Shown: one piece after another, positions 18,197 through 27,787 of the stretch
Position numbering within the stretch: position 1 is the first letter of the stretch
Layout: each line of letters begins with the position of its first letter
Origin: Candidatus Latescibacterota bacterium
Lineage (GTDB): Bacteria; Latescibacterota; UBA2968; GCA-2709665
DNA: 64,000 bases
Direction: 5' to 3'
Assembly: GCA_965222075.1 (NCBI GenBank)
Contig: OZ244937.1
Coordinates: 3,296,001 to 3,360,000, forward strand
Position numbers and translations under genes: made by a program
Notes under the pieces: generated by a model
Databases searched by the model: none
Told to the model about the DNA's origin: nothing
What the model saw: the letters and a program-made list of their open reading frames with translations, nothing else

Positions 18197-20311
18197 TCAA
18201 TCTTCAATACACACCGTCCCCGCCTCGGTAAACGGGTATACCTCCCCCTCCCCCAGCACAACCCCCCACTCCCCCGGCCCGCGCGCTTCCACACCAACCC
18301 GAACGTGCCTCTCCGAATCCCCTCCCAGCACAAACACCCGCCCCGGCCTCTCCGGCAGGGGTGGACTCGGAACCTGCGCCATAGACGCATCGGGATTTGG
18401 AACCACAACGACCTGCAGCGGGTGGCCGGGCATCGAATACCAGAGGTAAATCCCCGATGAATCCGCCCGGTGCGTCACCCTGCAATCCCCTCGATCTCCC
18501 TGTGGCAAAATCATCCAGAGAATATCACACACCCTCTCGCCATCCAGGTCGAAACAGAACCTGAGATCCACCTGTTCCATCGCCTCGAGATCTTCGGATG
18601 GAATGTCATACCCCGACAGATAATCCCGCCAGTAAGGGTCCACCGGCTGAGCAACCTGCTCAAATTCGGAAGCCAGGCGACACGCCGGATAAAGACGGCA
18701 GCTCTGGCCCGAAGGGGCCCGGATGAGAACCGGGGAATCACCGCCGGTTTCGACCGAGACCTCCTGCCCCACGTGGAAATGGGCATCCACCTTATGTCCC
18801 CCACCGTCCAAAAACCGCACGTGGTCCAGGATAAACACAACATGCTGATCCCGAACGTGCATAACGGTTCGATCGAACGCCGACAGCCTCGGCACCTCGG
18901 CATAAGCCGCCGCGGCCTTACACCGAGAGGCGGAGTAAACGTCCTCCTCCCCCTGATAGACCCCCGAAATCCCGCCGCCGCTCTTCGGATCCAGGGACTG
19001 TCCCTCGCCGTCGAACGTCAGCGTATTCTTCAATTCCGTCTCGAACCGAAAGTACCCCGAAGGGCGAAAAAAATAATGCCCGTCTGCATAAAACGTAAAG
19101 CTCGCCCGGTCCCGATAATGGGCGTGCTTGTTTTTCGTGATCGTCTCAATCGGAAGATCAATCCCTCGCTTTGCCTGCGCCAGCGGCCCTCCCGGGACCG
19201 TACACTCAAAACTCAAAACCGAAGCCCCGTTCCCAAACCCGCTTCGGGAGAAGAACTGTCCCATTGAGGGAAAATATGCCGACCGCGGCAGCCCCCCGGG
19301 AGACACCGTCTCAACGTTGGGATCGTACCAGAGAAAACACCACCCATAGTCGTGGTAATCCTTCAGAAACCTCCGCTCCGACTCCCAATCCGCCTGCTGC
19401 TGTGCCAGACCGTCCTGAAACTCCGAGGCGATCTTGTAAAGCTGCGCCGCCACAACGCCCCCCGTCTCCCCGTGATACCGCCCGCTGGGCGTCGAATCGT
19501 CCAGAAACACATACGTCCCCTTATCGGGCAAATAGTGATAGACACGCCACCGGGGAAGTTCCTGAAGCCAGGGAATCTCAAACGCCGGTTCCTGAAAGAC
19601 CCGCTTCCTTCCTTCAAGGTAGTAAAGCATAGGCCCCAACGCGTAATTCAGCGGCGCAACCCCTTCGTTCCAGGCCCCGTCCGACCCAAGCAGGGACACG
19701 ACCTGCGTCACCTCCCGCTCCACGCTGTACAGCCACGCCTCTGCCCGGGGCTCATAGGGCAGCAGCGCTAAGCACCCGATCCCGATCCCGAAAATAGGCA
19801 CCCAGCAGTCGTGATACAGGTACCGCCGGCTCCACTCGCTCTCTCCCGTCTCCATACCCTCCACCATCATCCCCGTCTCTTCTGTCAAAACCGCCACCAT
19901 CCGCCCAACAAAATCCTCCGGCAAAACCCCCGAAAACAGGTCCACCCCGTAGGCAAGCGCCATCACATGGAACGCCACCAGATAGGACCTCATGGCGTGC
20001 TCTGAAGACGCGCACCCGACCTCCACCCACCTCCGCAGCCACCGCTCGGCAAGCCCCCGCCAGCGGTCGTCCTGTCCCACGTGGTAGGCAATCCCGCAAT
20101 TCACCACCAGCGAAAAACAGATCTCTAACAGATTGCTGTAATCCGGCTCCTCCAAACCCCAGAGATCCTCGGGAGGTTGCTCCCCCAGACGCCCTTCCAG
20201 GTCCCCCACCAGCGCCTGATAGAATCGAGCGTGCGAAGTCTCGCTCCGGCGCCGAAGCGCATCCAGTTCACCGGGATGAAGAATCAGCCTGGGTTCCGAT
20301 TGAGAAGGCAT
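18197..20311 (-). CDS. heparinase II/III-family (DUF4962-like) lyase
   Basis: N-term PRL, DGAWNEG, HAH.DR.SF and KNTLTFDGEGQ motifs. Confidence 0.75.
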   Translation of the reverse strand: MPSQSEPRLILHPGELDALRRRSETSHARFYQALVGDLEGRLGEQPPEDLWGLEEPDYSNLLEICFSLVVNCGIAYHVGQDDRWRGLAERWLRRWVEVGCASSEHAMRSYLVAFHVMALAYGVDLFSGVLPEDFVGRMVAVLTEETGMMVEGMETGESEWSRRYLYHDCWVPIFGIGIGCLALLPYEPRAEAWLYSVEREVTQVVSLLGSDGAWNEGVAPLNYALGPMLYYLEGRKRVFQEPAFEIPWLQELPRWRVYHYLPDKGTYVFLDDSTPSGRYHGETGGVVAAQLYKIASEFQDGLAQQQADWESERRFLKDYHDYGWCFLWYDPNVETVSPGGLPRSAYFPSMGQFFSRSGFGNGASVLSFECTVPGGPLAQAKRGIDLPIETITKNKHAHYRDRASFTFYADGHYFFRPSGYFRFETELKNTLTFDGEGQSLDPKSGGGISGVYQGEEDVYSASRCKAAAAYAEVPRLSAFDRTVMHVRDQHVVFILDHVRFLDGGGHKVDAHFHVGQEVSVETGGDSPVLIRAPSGQSCRLYPACRLASEFEQVAQPVDPYWRDYLSGYDIPSEDLEAMEQVDLRFCFDLDGERVCDILWMILPQGDRGDCRVTHRADSSGIYLWYSMPGHPLQVVVVPNPDASMAQVPSPPLPERPGRVFVLGGDSERHVRVGVEARGPGEWGVVLGEGEVYPFTEAGTVCIED

Positions 20312-20422
20312 TTGACCTGACCCCCTTTCCACCCAACCTGTCGCTCCCACCTCGTCGCGACCCACCGCCCTTCCTTCTCTGCGAGGGAAGGGGAAGCGAG
20401 TCCTTCTACAATAGCAATTTAC

Positions 20423-20533
20423 CCGGAGAAAGCACCCGCCCCAGCAACGCCAGCAGGTCGGGCAGCACAACCGTAACCCCCACCCAGACCGCCAGGCAGA
20501 TCAACAGCGACGACGACGGCCGTCTTGCCAGCA
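20423..20533 (-). repeat. 111-bp near-identical copy of permease segment 22246-22356
   Basis: Direct alignment shows about 4 mismatches; encodes LARRPSSSLLICLAVWVGVTVVLPDLLA.LGRVLSP. Confidence 0.9.
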
Positions 20534-20590
20534 GCCCGGATCTTGTCCACGATCGATGCGGGCCGAATCGTACTGGTATTGAAACAAAGC

Positions 20591-21265
20591 TCAAACCTGG
20601 CCATCCTGTCCTCCCGTTGCGCAAATCGCCTTCAGCACGCACCGCCCGCACCTGGGTTTCGGCAGGCAGACATCCTTGCCCAGCGCCACAATCAGCGCAT
20701 GATATTCGTTATAAAGTCCAACTTCCGCCGGCAACACCGCCACGAACCGGCGCTGCGCCTCGTGATACTCCACCGCCGCGTCCATCAGTCCCAATCGCCC
20801 GAAAACACGCCGCGTATACGCATCCACCACAAAGCTTGGTTTTTCCAGCGCATAGAGCAAAATGCAATCGGCGGTTTCCGGACCAATCCCCTTTACCGCC
20901 AGCAGTTCCTCGCGCAAACGCCGGCCGGACACGCCTTTCATCCGGGCCACGTCCCCGCCGTACCGGCCCACAAAATACGCCAGGAACGCCTTCAACCGCC
21001 TGGCTTTTACACGAAACGTACCCGCCGGCCGGATGAGTGTTTCCAGCTTACCGTCCGGCATATCCAGCAGGATTCGGGCATCCAGGGCCCCGGCGGCCCT
21101 GAGCCTGCCCAACGCCTGCTCCACGTTTGCCCAGGCTGTATTCTGCGTCAATATGGCCCCCACCATCGTTTCAAACGGGGTTTCCGCAGGCCACCAGCCC
21201 TGTGGTCCGAACGCCTCCAGCAACCGGTCAAAAACCACGCGGAACCTGTTCTGTTCAGAGGCCAT
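20591..21265 (-). CDS. HhH-GPD endonuclease III-like DNA glycosylase
   Basis: WWPAETPFE..GAILTQNT, KGIGPETAD, VVDAY, C-term C..KPRC..C..C Fe-S motif. Confidence 0.92.
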   Translation of the reverse strand: MASEQNRFRVVFDRLLEAFGPQGWWPAETPFETMVGAILTQNTAWANVEQALGRLRAAGALDARILLDMPDGKLETLIRPAGTFRVKARRLKAFLAYFVGRYGGDVARMKGVSGRRLREELLAVKGIGPETADCILLYALEKPSFVVDAYTRRVFGRLGLMDAAVEYHEAQRRFVAVLPAEVGLYNEYHALIVALGKDVCLPKPRCGRCVLKAICATGGQDGQV

Positions 21266-21394
21266 AATGAGCTAAAATCTAATGAATCAACAAATTAGGA
21301 GCAACCACTATTCAATTGGACAACAGACAACGGGCAGGGTGACGACCCGCCGAATCGCTGCTCGCCGGTCCTTTCGCGGCTCACCGCCCAAAAA

Positions 21395-21460
21395 AGGCGC
21401 CAGGACTTCCGCATTTGCGCCATGGCTCAGAATCCACGACTTGATTTCATAATGACCGCC
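21395..21460 (-). pseudogene. remnant of a WYL/WCX-domain regulator C-terminus
   Basis: Translates to GGHYEIKSWILSHGANAEVLAP, matching the WCX pattern W.L..G..AEVL.P. Confidence 0.45.
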
Positions 21461-21691
21461 GGCTCGAATTGACGGACGATTTGTCTGGTGTTTGACATGG
21501 ATATCAACCTGAGTGCAAAGCGGTCGTGGCGCGGGCTCGAGCTATGTATTTTTCCCTTTTGCAGCGGCACGAAGCGCACGGGCGGAAGACGGGCGCGGTT
21601 TGCGCGTCAGAACAAGACGCAGGGCGGGCGGATGAAGCGGCCGGCAGGGGCCGGCGAGGATTCCGGCGCCGAAGCGCATTCGGAGGAGGGG

Positions 21692-23086
21692 TCAACTCAC
21701 ATCGTACCGCAAAAACCCCACATAAGCCCCCACAAACGCCAGAACCTGAAACAGGACCAGAACCATCACCTCCACCGTCACGGCCCCAAACGCCTCCGCC
21801 AGCCCCTCGGAACGGAACGCCAGCACCGGCACCTCCTCCGGCTTCAGCCAGTCCTTATCCGGCTTATCGGCTCCCGCCTCCTGCTTCAGACGCTGCGCGT
21901 ACTCTCTGAACGCCTTCCGGTACTGCCCATAACCCTCGTGCGTCCGGCGGTAAAACCTCAGACCCGTATCCGCCAGTTCCGCCGCCGCGTAAGTCAAACA
22001 GGCCGCCGGCGAGGCCCGTGAAAGCGCCCGGCTGACCTCAATCTGCCCGTCCAGTTGCCGCAAGTATCCCGCATCGATCCGCCCCTTCTCCGCCTCGCTC
22101 GCCTCCCTCAGCGCCTCCTGCCGACGCTGGCGTTCCTCCTCGGTGATCCCGCCGCTCTCCACCAGGCGGGCCAGCCGCGCGTTCTGCGCTGCCCTCTCCT
22201 GGTCAATCGCCCGCTTCTGCATCCGGATCTGCTGGAACGTCGGCGCCGGAGAAAGCACCCGCCCCAGAGACGCCAGCAGGTCGGGCAGCACAACCGTAAC
22301 CCCCACCCAGACCGCCAGGCAGATCAACAGCGACGACGACGGCCGCCTCGCCAGCACCGAAATCGCCAGCCCCAGCGTCACAAAAACCGACAGATAGACA
22401 AGCGCAAGGCCCACGATCCCCGCAATCCGAACCAGCGCGACGTCATCTAACGGAATGCGGCCGACCAGGGTGAGCAGAACCATCCCCATCCCCGTCGCCA
22501 GCAAAAAAGGCCCCCCCAGCGTCAGCATCGCCCCGGCCCACTTCCCCAGAAGCAGCCGGTCCCGGCTGACCCCTATCGACATCGTCAGCTTCAACGTCCC
22601 GTTCACCTTCTCCCCGCAAATCGCGTCAAACGTAAAAAAAAGCGCCACAAGGCTCAAAATCGCCCCCACAATATACACGTAGTCGGGTCTTGGGAACAGA
22701 GACAGCAGGGGATTCTGATAGAACCGCTCGCTCGCCTGCCGGGCCCACGACCGCCTGTCCGAAACGTGAATCTGCGTTGGCGTGGCCCCCTCCAGCCCCG
22801 ATGCCAGCGGCCCCAGCGCCCGGGGCGGTCTGAACGCGTAAATCCCCCGGTCATTCACCAGCTCCCGCACCTGCCGCAGAATCGACGCACTCTCGTCCAC
22901 CGAAAAAACCTGCCGCCGCTCGGCCGCCACACTGGTCTGATACCCCTCCAGACGCCGGCTGTAATCCCGGCTCATCAGCCCCAACCCCAGAAGCACCAGC
23001 CCGCAGAAAAGCCCCGCCACCCACACAAACCGCGCCTCCCTCACATGCAGCAGCACCTCTTTCTGAACCAGCCGAACGAACATCAA
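21692..23086 (-). CDS. ABC-2-type permease (pair 3, downstream)
   Basis: MFVRLVQKEV; FDAICGEKVNGTLKL; LRYDVS. Confidence 0.9.
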   Translation of the reverse strand: MMFVRLVQKEVLLHVREARFVWVAGLFCGLVLLGLGLMSRDYSRRLEGYQTSVAAERRQVFSVDESASILRQVRELVNDRGIYAFRPPRALGPLASGLEGATPTQIHVSDRRSWARQASERFYQNPLLSLFPRPDYVYIVGAILSLVALFFTFDAICGEKVNGTLKLTMSIGVSRDRLLLGKWAGAMLTLGGPFLLATGMGMVLLTLVGRIPLDDVALVRIAGIVGLALVYLSVFVTLGLAISVLARRPSSSLLICLAVWVGVTVVLPDLLASLGRVLSPAPTFQQIRMQKRAIDQERAAQNARLARLVESGGITEEERQRRQEALREASEAEKGRIDAGYLRQLDGQIEVSRALSRASPAACLTYAAAELADTGLRFYRRTHEGYGQYRKAFREYAQRLKQEAGADKPDKDWLKPEEVPVLAFRSEGLAEAFGAVTVEVMVLVLFQVLAFVGAYVGFLRYDVS

Positions 23087-23187
23087 TCACTCCTTAAACG
23101 GCAAATGTGAAACCGACCCTTCCACCCTTCCCCGGAATCCCGGCTTCTGGATTTGGGGTCTGAGGCGGGGTGGCACGTTTCACATCT

Positions 23188-24564
23188 TCACCTCACATCA
23201 TATCGCAAAAACGCCACATACCCCACCATAAAAAAGAGCAAACTCCAGACCGCCAGCAGCCCCAGGTCCACCATGGCGGCCCCCAGGCGATCCCCCAGTT
23301 CGGGCCTGAAGTAGACAAATCTTGGATAGTCTGCCGTGGAGATCTCCCCGCCCCCCTGCCTGGCCCGCTCGATCCACTTGTCCTCCGCGTAATTGAGAAA
23401 CCGCACCCGGTAGTCCTGCAGCGCCTTCCGGAACCGGCGCTGCTCCCGAACCCCCGTATTGGTGATCTCCCCCGTCGCGTAAATCAACGATGCAGCAGGG
23501 GACAGCCGAGACAACCAGACCGCGGCGAACACCTGCCGATCCACCTCCCGTTCGTACGCCGTCTGGATCTGCTCCTGCCGCCGGGCAATCTGCAAAAAAC
23601 AGTCCCGGTATAGCTCGCTGATCACAACCCCCTGCTGCCACTCCGAGTCCGTCGTCGTCTGCCGATAGGCCCGGATTCGCCGGCCTCTCTCCCGATGTTC
23701 TCCGTCCGTCACCGCCCACTTCTCGCGCTCTACCTCCTGAATTGTAGACACCCCCACAAGCGCCTGTGCGATATACGGGCTCAAATTCGGCAGCCCCACG
23801 CTCATCCCAACCCACAGCGCCACCAGCACCGTGATCGACGTAAACGCCCGGAAGGTCGATGCCGAAACCAGAAGCCCCAGAGAGTAGACCCCCCCGATGT
23901 AGAGCAGCGCAACGCAAACCAGCAGCCCAAAAGCGGCCAACTCGTCCCCCGGAACCTCCGCTCCCGGGTAGAGCACCACGATCCCCAGGCTGCAGCAGGC
24001 CGTCAGCAGAAACGGCACGGCCAGCGCGAAGTACCCTCCCGTCCACTTCCCCAGCAAGAGCGTATCCCTCGGCACCGGAAAAGACAGCGCCAGCCGTAGC
24101 GTCCCCGCCTCCTTCTCCCCCGAAACCAAGTCATAGCTGAACACCAGAGCCAGCAGGCCCATCACCAGCGCCGTAAACGACATCAGGTCTACCGTCTGGA
24201 ACAGGTCCGAAATCAGATTCGCCCGCTCGTACTGGTCCTCGGCCACCGGATCCCGGTTCGCCGTCACCCGCACGCTCATCGGCCGGAAAGGCTCCAGCCC
24301 CTGATAGAAAATCCCCAACAGATTGGGCCGCTTGTCCACCGACACCCCCGAATACGTCAGCGGATGAGGGTGAACGTACCCCCTCACCTCGGCCCGGTGG
24401 TCCCCCCGGTTGATCCGGTAATCCGTCAGCGCCGTCCGGTACGCGTGGGTCCGCACCCACGTGGCCCCCACCCCAATCGACACACACAGAACCATCCCGA
24501 TCACAAACCGGAGGGAAAGCAAATACTCTAAGAACTGTTTACGAACGATCTTCCAGAACATCAC
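23188..24564 (-). CDS. ABC-2-type permease (pair 3, upstream)
   Basis: YLLSLRF; YDLVSGEKEAGTLRL; LRYDVR. Confidence 0.9.
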   Translation of the reverse strand: MMFWKIVRKQFLEYLLSLRFVIGMVLCVSIGVGATWVRTHAYRTALTDYRINRGDHRAEVRGYVHPHPLTYSGVSVDKRPNLLGIFYQGLEPFRPMSVRVTANRDPVAEDQYERANLISDLFQTVDLMSFTALVMGLLALVFSYDLVSGEKEAGTLRLALSFPVPRDTLLLGKWTGGYFALAVPFLLTACCSLGIVVLYPGAEVPGDELAAFGLLVCVALLYIGGVYSLGLLVSASTFRAFTSITVLVALWVGMSVGLPNLSPYIAQALVGVSTIQEVEREKWAVTDGEHRERGRRIRAYRQTTTDSEWQQGVVISELYRDCFLQIARRQEQIQTAYEREVDRQVFAAVWLSRLSPAASLIYATGEITNTGVREQRRFRKALQDYRVRFLNYAEDKWIERARQGGGEISTADYPRFVYFRPELGDRLGAAMVDLGLLAVWSLLFFMVGYVAFLRYDVR

Positions 24565-25377
24565 TCATTCTCCAAACGTCTTATCAAAATCCTCTCGAAT
24601 CGCCCGGTACCCGTCCTTCAGAATAAGAATCGCCGCCCCACAGGCAAAGAACTGCGCGCCTTCTTCTTCGTGGAGCTTCGCCGCCTGCGCTCCGTCTCCC
24701 ACGGGCAGGCCCCAGAACTTGCCGTGCTTCTGGGCCGTCGCCCCCACCAGCTTGCGGGCCTCCGCCATCTGCGGGTGATCGAACTGCAGGGGAATCTCCA
24801 GCGATTGCGACATATCGGCCGGACCGAAGAAAAATCCATCCAGCCCATCCATCCGGGCGGTCTCTTCAAGAATATCTAGCGACTCCCTGTCCTCCACCTG
24901 AAAGAGGACAAAAGTCTCGTGCAGGGTCCAGTCCATATAGTCCTTCATGGACACCAGACTGTATTTGGCAGCCGCTTCAACCCCGTCGATGCCCCGCAGT
25001 CCCACCGGGGCGAAGCGGGAAAACTTCAGCACCCACTCCGCCTCCTCTGTTGTGCGAACATGGGGCACCATAATCCCCGAAGCCCCGGCCTCAAACGCCC
25101 GGTAGAAAGACTGGTCTCCCTCCTTGCGAACCCGGATCATCGGCTCCATTCCCGTCGCTCGAGAAGCCAGACACATATTGAACGCCTGATCGTAGTCGTA
25201 GTCCTGATGCTCCATATCAATCCAGAGACAATCGAACCCGATCAACCCCATCATCTCGGAAATCTTGGGCGATGGGTACGGCGTGCAAGCGCCACACAAT
25301 ACGGTCTTCCCAGCCCGAATGCGCGCCAGCACCCGGTTCGGTTTCAATACAATCCGTTCATCCCGCTCATCGGCCAT
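24565..25377 (-). CDS. HpcH/HpaI aldolase family protein
   Basis: GFDCLWIDMEH, GIMVPHV, P.G.RG, QVE and GPADMS motifs. Confidence 0.92.
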   Translation of the reverse strand: MADERDERIVLKPNRVLARIRAGKTVLCGACTPYPSPKISEMMGLIGFDCLWIDMEHQDYDYDQAFNMCLASRATGMEPMIRVRKEGDQSFYRAFEAGASGIMVPHVRTTEEAEWVLKFSRFAPVGLRGIDGVEAAAKYSLVSMKDYMDWTLHETFVLFQVEDRESLDILEETARMDGLDGFFFGPADMSQSLEIPLQFDHPQMAEARKLVGATAQKHGKFWGLPVGDGAQAAKLHEEEGAQFFACGAAILILKDGYRAIREDFDKTFGE

Positions 25378-25409
25378 GCACACCATCCTTTCTTGAAAAA
25401 TTCAAAAAG

Positions 25410-25656
25410 CGCCACGGAACCACCCGGTGAAAACATGTGGCCTCGAATCCAGTCCAGCATCCGGCTTGCAGCCGAAAGCTCATCCATCAGCAGAAACGCC
25501 CGGGGTACGCGGTAGTAGAACAGCCGCTCTTCCATCGGCCCGATTGACCCGTCCGGATTCATAAAATTCAGCAGCCAGCCGGTCCCTTTTCAACACGCCT
25601 AACCAGCTTCTTTTCAAGACCGGATGCGCCCATATCGAAGTCTTCAACCGACTCAT
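25410..25656 (-). pseudogene. frameshifted/truncated N-terminal fragment of a hypothetical protein
   Basis: SD GAGGAG + ATG, then a different frame gives protein-like KGTGWLLNFMNPDGSIGPMEERLFYYRVP..LDWIRGHMF. Confidence 0.4.
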
Positions 25657-26214
25657 AACTCCTCACAGGAAATAATCATCAAGATCGGGCCGATGTCAAC
25701 ATAAAAAATCCCGGAAGGGGTATTCTTCCGAGGCCACTCTTTTCGACCCTTACGATCAGAACCAGACAACCTCAATCCCACCGCACGCCTCGTTTGGTGT
25801 ATACCTTCCGATTAGATATTGACTTCTACGGCAGATAAAAAAGGTAACACAAACCACCATCCTCTCCCTTGCTCTGGCTGGATTGCCAAATCCGGCGAAG
25901 ACAGCTTCTAAGTTTGACAATTCAGGCCGAGCCAAGGTTTCGTAAGATAAGGGCCCCTCAGGGTCACCTGAGAAAATAAATAAAACCGGCCTCGCCATTC
26001 TGGCAAGCCCGGCACATGGGGATCAACTACATCGGCTCCTGCTGCGGTTCGGGCCCGGAGCATGTACGGGCGATGGCCTTGGCGCTGGACAAACCTGCAG
26101 GATCCTGACGGAAATGCAAACGTATATGCACTTTTTCGTCCGGCTTTTCAAAAAAAGCGGTGGGCAAACAACGCCCACCGCAGAACCATCATCCATCCCA
26201 CCCATCCGGACGCC

Positions 26215-26796
26215 TTACACCGCCCACACTCCCAGCTTCAGAAACTCCCCTTTCAACTGCCGCCGCCCCCGGCACAGCCAGGTCTTCACCGTCCCCATCG
26301 GCACGTGCAGTTCCTGCATAATCTCCTTGTAGGACCGGTCCTTCACGTAGCGCAGCCACATCGCCTCCCGGTAATGTGCCGGCAGCGCCTGGATGCCCTT
26401 CCTGACAAGCGCCCGACGCTCCTTCCGATACACCACCTCTTCCGGATCCTCGTACCACGCCAGCTCCCGTTCGATCCGGTGTGTCGATGCAGAATCTTCC
26501 ACCTCCTCCAGCCGCTCGTGCTGCGCCCACCGCGCCCTCCGGTGGGAGTGATACACATTCAGGGCGATGCGCGTCAACCAGGTCGAAAAAGCCGCCTTGC
26601 CCCGAAAGCTCCCCAGGGCCTGAAAGGCCCGTATGAACGTCATCTGTACCAAATCCTCCACATCATCTCGCCCCCCCGTACGGGGGGCAATCATCCCGTA
26701 GATTCGGGGTTGGTATGCTTTGTAAATGGCTTCGTACGCCCCCTGGTCCCCTTCCAGCGCCCGGCCGATCAATGTCTGTTTCATAATCTGCGACAT
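26215..26796 (-). CDS. ECF RNA polymerase sigma-70 factor (paralog of 11533-12114)
   Basis: YQPRIY, EDLVQMTF, FRGKAAFSTWL, EDPEEV, YREAM.LRYV and PMGTVKTWL all shared with the first copy. Confidence 0.95.
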   Translation of the reverse strand: MSQIMKQTLIGRALEGDQGAYEAIYKAYQPRIYGMIAPRTGGRDDVEDLVQMTFIRAFQALGSFRGKAAFSTWLTRIALNVYHSHRRARWAQHERLEEVEDSASTHRIERELAWYEDPEEVVYRKERRALVRKGIQALPAHYREAMWLRYVKDRSYKEIMQELHVPMGTVKTWLCRGRRQLKGEFLKLGVWAV

Positions 26797-26973
26797 CTCC
26801 TCTTCATCTGGATCAGAATCCCGGTTGACTGCGACTGTGACCCTGTACCTCCGGAAGCCTGAGTACTCACAACCATGGATGCACAACCCAACATTGCCGG
26901 TTACCTGTAAACGCACATTTTGGGGCTCCTGACTTGTGTTGGCCTTCCAATCTGCTGTATATCCTCACACCCA

Positions 26974-27002
26974 AATATAGTATACAAATGAGCATCTGTC
27001 AA
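26974..27002 (-). promoter_or_regulatory. sigma70-type promoter TTGACA-N17-TATATT upstream of ECF2
   Basis: Minus strand reads TTGACA gatgctcatttgtatac TATATT. Confidence 0.6.
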
Positions 27003-27052
27003 TGCTCTTAATCATTAATTCTACAAATACGTCCCAACTTTGAGATAAAAGG

Positions 27053-27112
27053 TTACGGATGCCGGTTCCGGCGTTCCTCTTGCCGTCCAAGCGTCTCTTT
27101 GAGCGTCTGCAT
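27053..27112 (-). pseudogene. truncated MQT peptide copy 3 (MQTLKETLGRQEERRNRHP*)
   Basis: SD AGGAGGT; the first 16 aa match copies 1 and 2, but the TM segment is absent. Confidence 0.65.
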
Positions 27113-27207
27113 AGCCTACCTCCTGTTGTGAAACTGTTCCCAGAGCATCACGTGCTTCACTTTATTTATAGTAAAGGAAGCGCGAGAATGGTTGAAACTT
27201 TTCCAGG

Positions 27208-27693
27208 TCATCTCACATCGTATCGCAGAATCGCCACATACGCCCCGGCAAATCCCAGGACCGCCAGCAGCACGCAGAGGCTCAAAATAATCTTCACGAT
27301 AAACGCAAAATCCAGAATACCGAAAAGCGCGTGAATCGGATTGACCGAGAAAAGGCTGTCTTCGAAGTACGGGACGCGGGGATACTGGATTCGCACTTCC
27401 TGTCCCAGCTTTCCGGACATCCCATAGACCACCGGGCTCAGCGCCTCCGGTCGCCGGTTCCAGTGGATCCCCTGCCGAATCAGGTCCCAGAGGTTGTTTT
27501 TCTCAAGCCGTCCCTGCATCCTCGCCCGGTTGTATTCAGAGACTGCGTTCTGCTGTTGGAGCTGCCGGTCGTAATTCCGAATGCCCACATACACGCCCAG
27601 CACGGACAGCAATGTACAGAGCACGAAAATGGCGGCGAAGCGAAAATCCAGAAAATGGTGGTACAGTTCTTTTTGAACCAGACGGGTGAACAT
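27208..27693 (-). pseudogene. internally deleted ABC-2 permease, subtype A (pair 4)
   Basis: The N-terminal ~145 aa are joined in frame to the last TM (LLAVLGFAGAYVAILRYDVR); about 300 aa, including the GEKE motif, are missing. Confidence 0.85.
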
Positions 27694-27787
27694 ATCTCCT
27701 CCCTTCTCAACGCTACCCAGTTCCGAGTTCCTCCCAACCGCATCCCCACCTCCATTCTGGTTTTAACTCGTAACTTGCAACTTTCTT

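Noticed and set aside
18197-20470. ORF-track N-terminal extension MCCPTCW.. of the heparinase-like gene
   Set aside because: It derives from the out-of-frame duplicated permease fragment; the likely start is MPSQSEP at 20311.
20423-22356. DGR template/variable repeat pair
   Set aside because: No reverse transcriptase in the window, mismatches are not adenine-specific, and the segment is a TM helix.
25700-26200. Short ORFs or a riboswitch downstream of ECF2
   Set aside because: No SD-supported ORF and no recognisable RNA consensus.
26797-26916. N-terminal extension of ECF2 in the ORF track
   Set aside because: It corresponds to the decayed MQT-peptide region; ECF1 alignment supports a start at 26796 or 26784.
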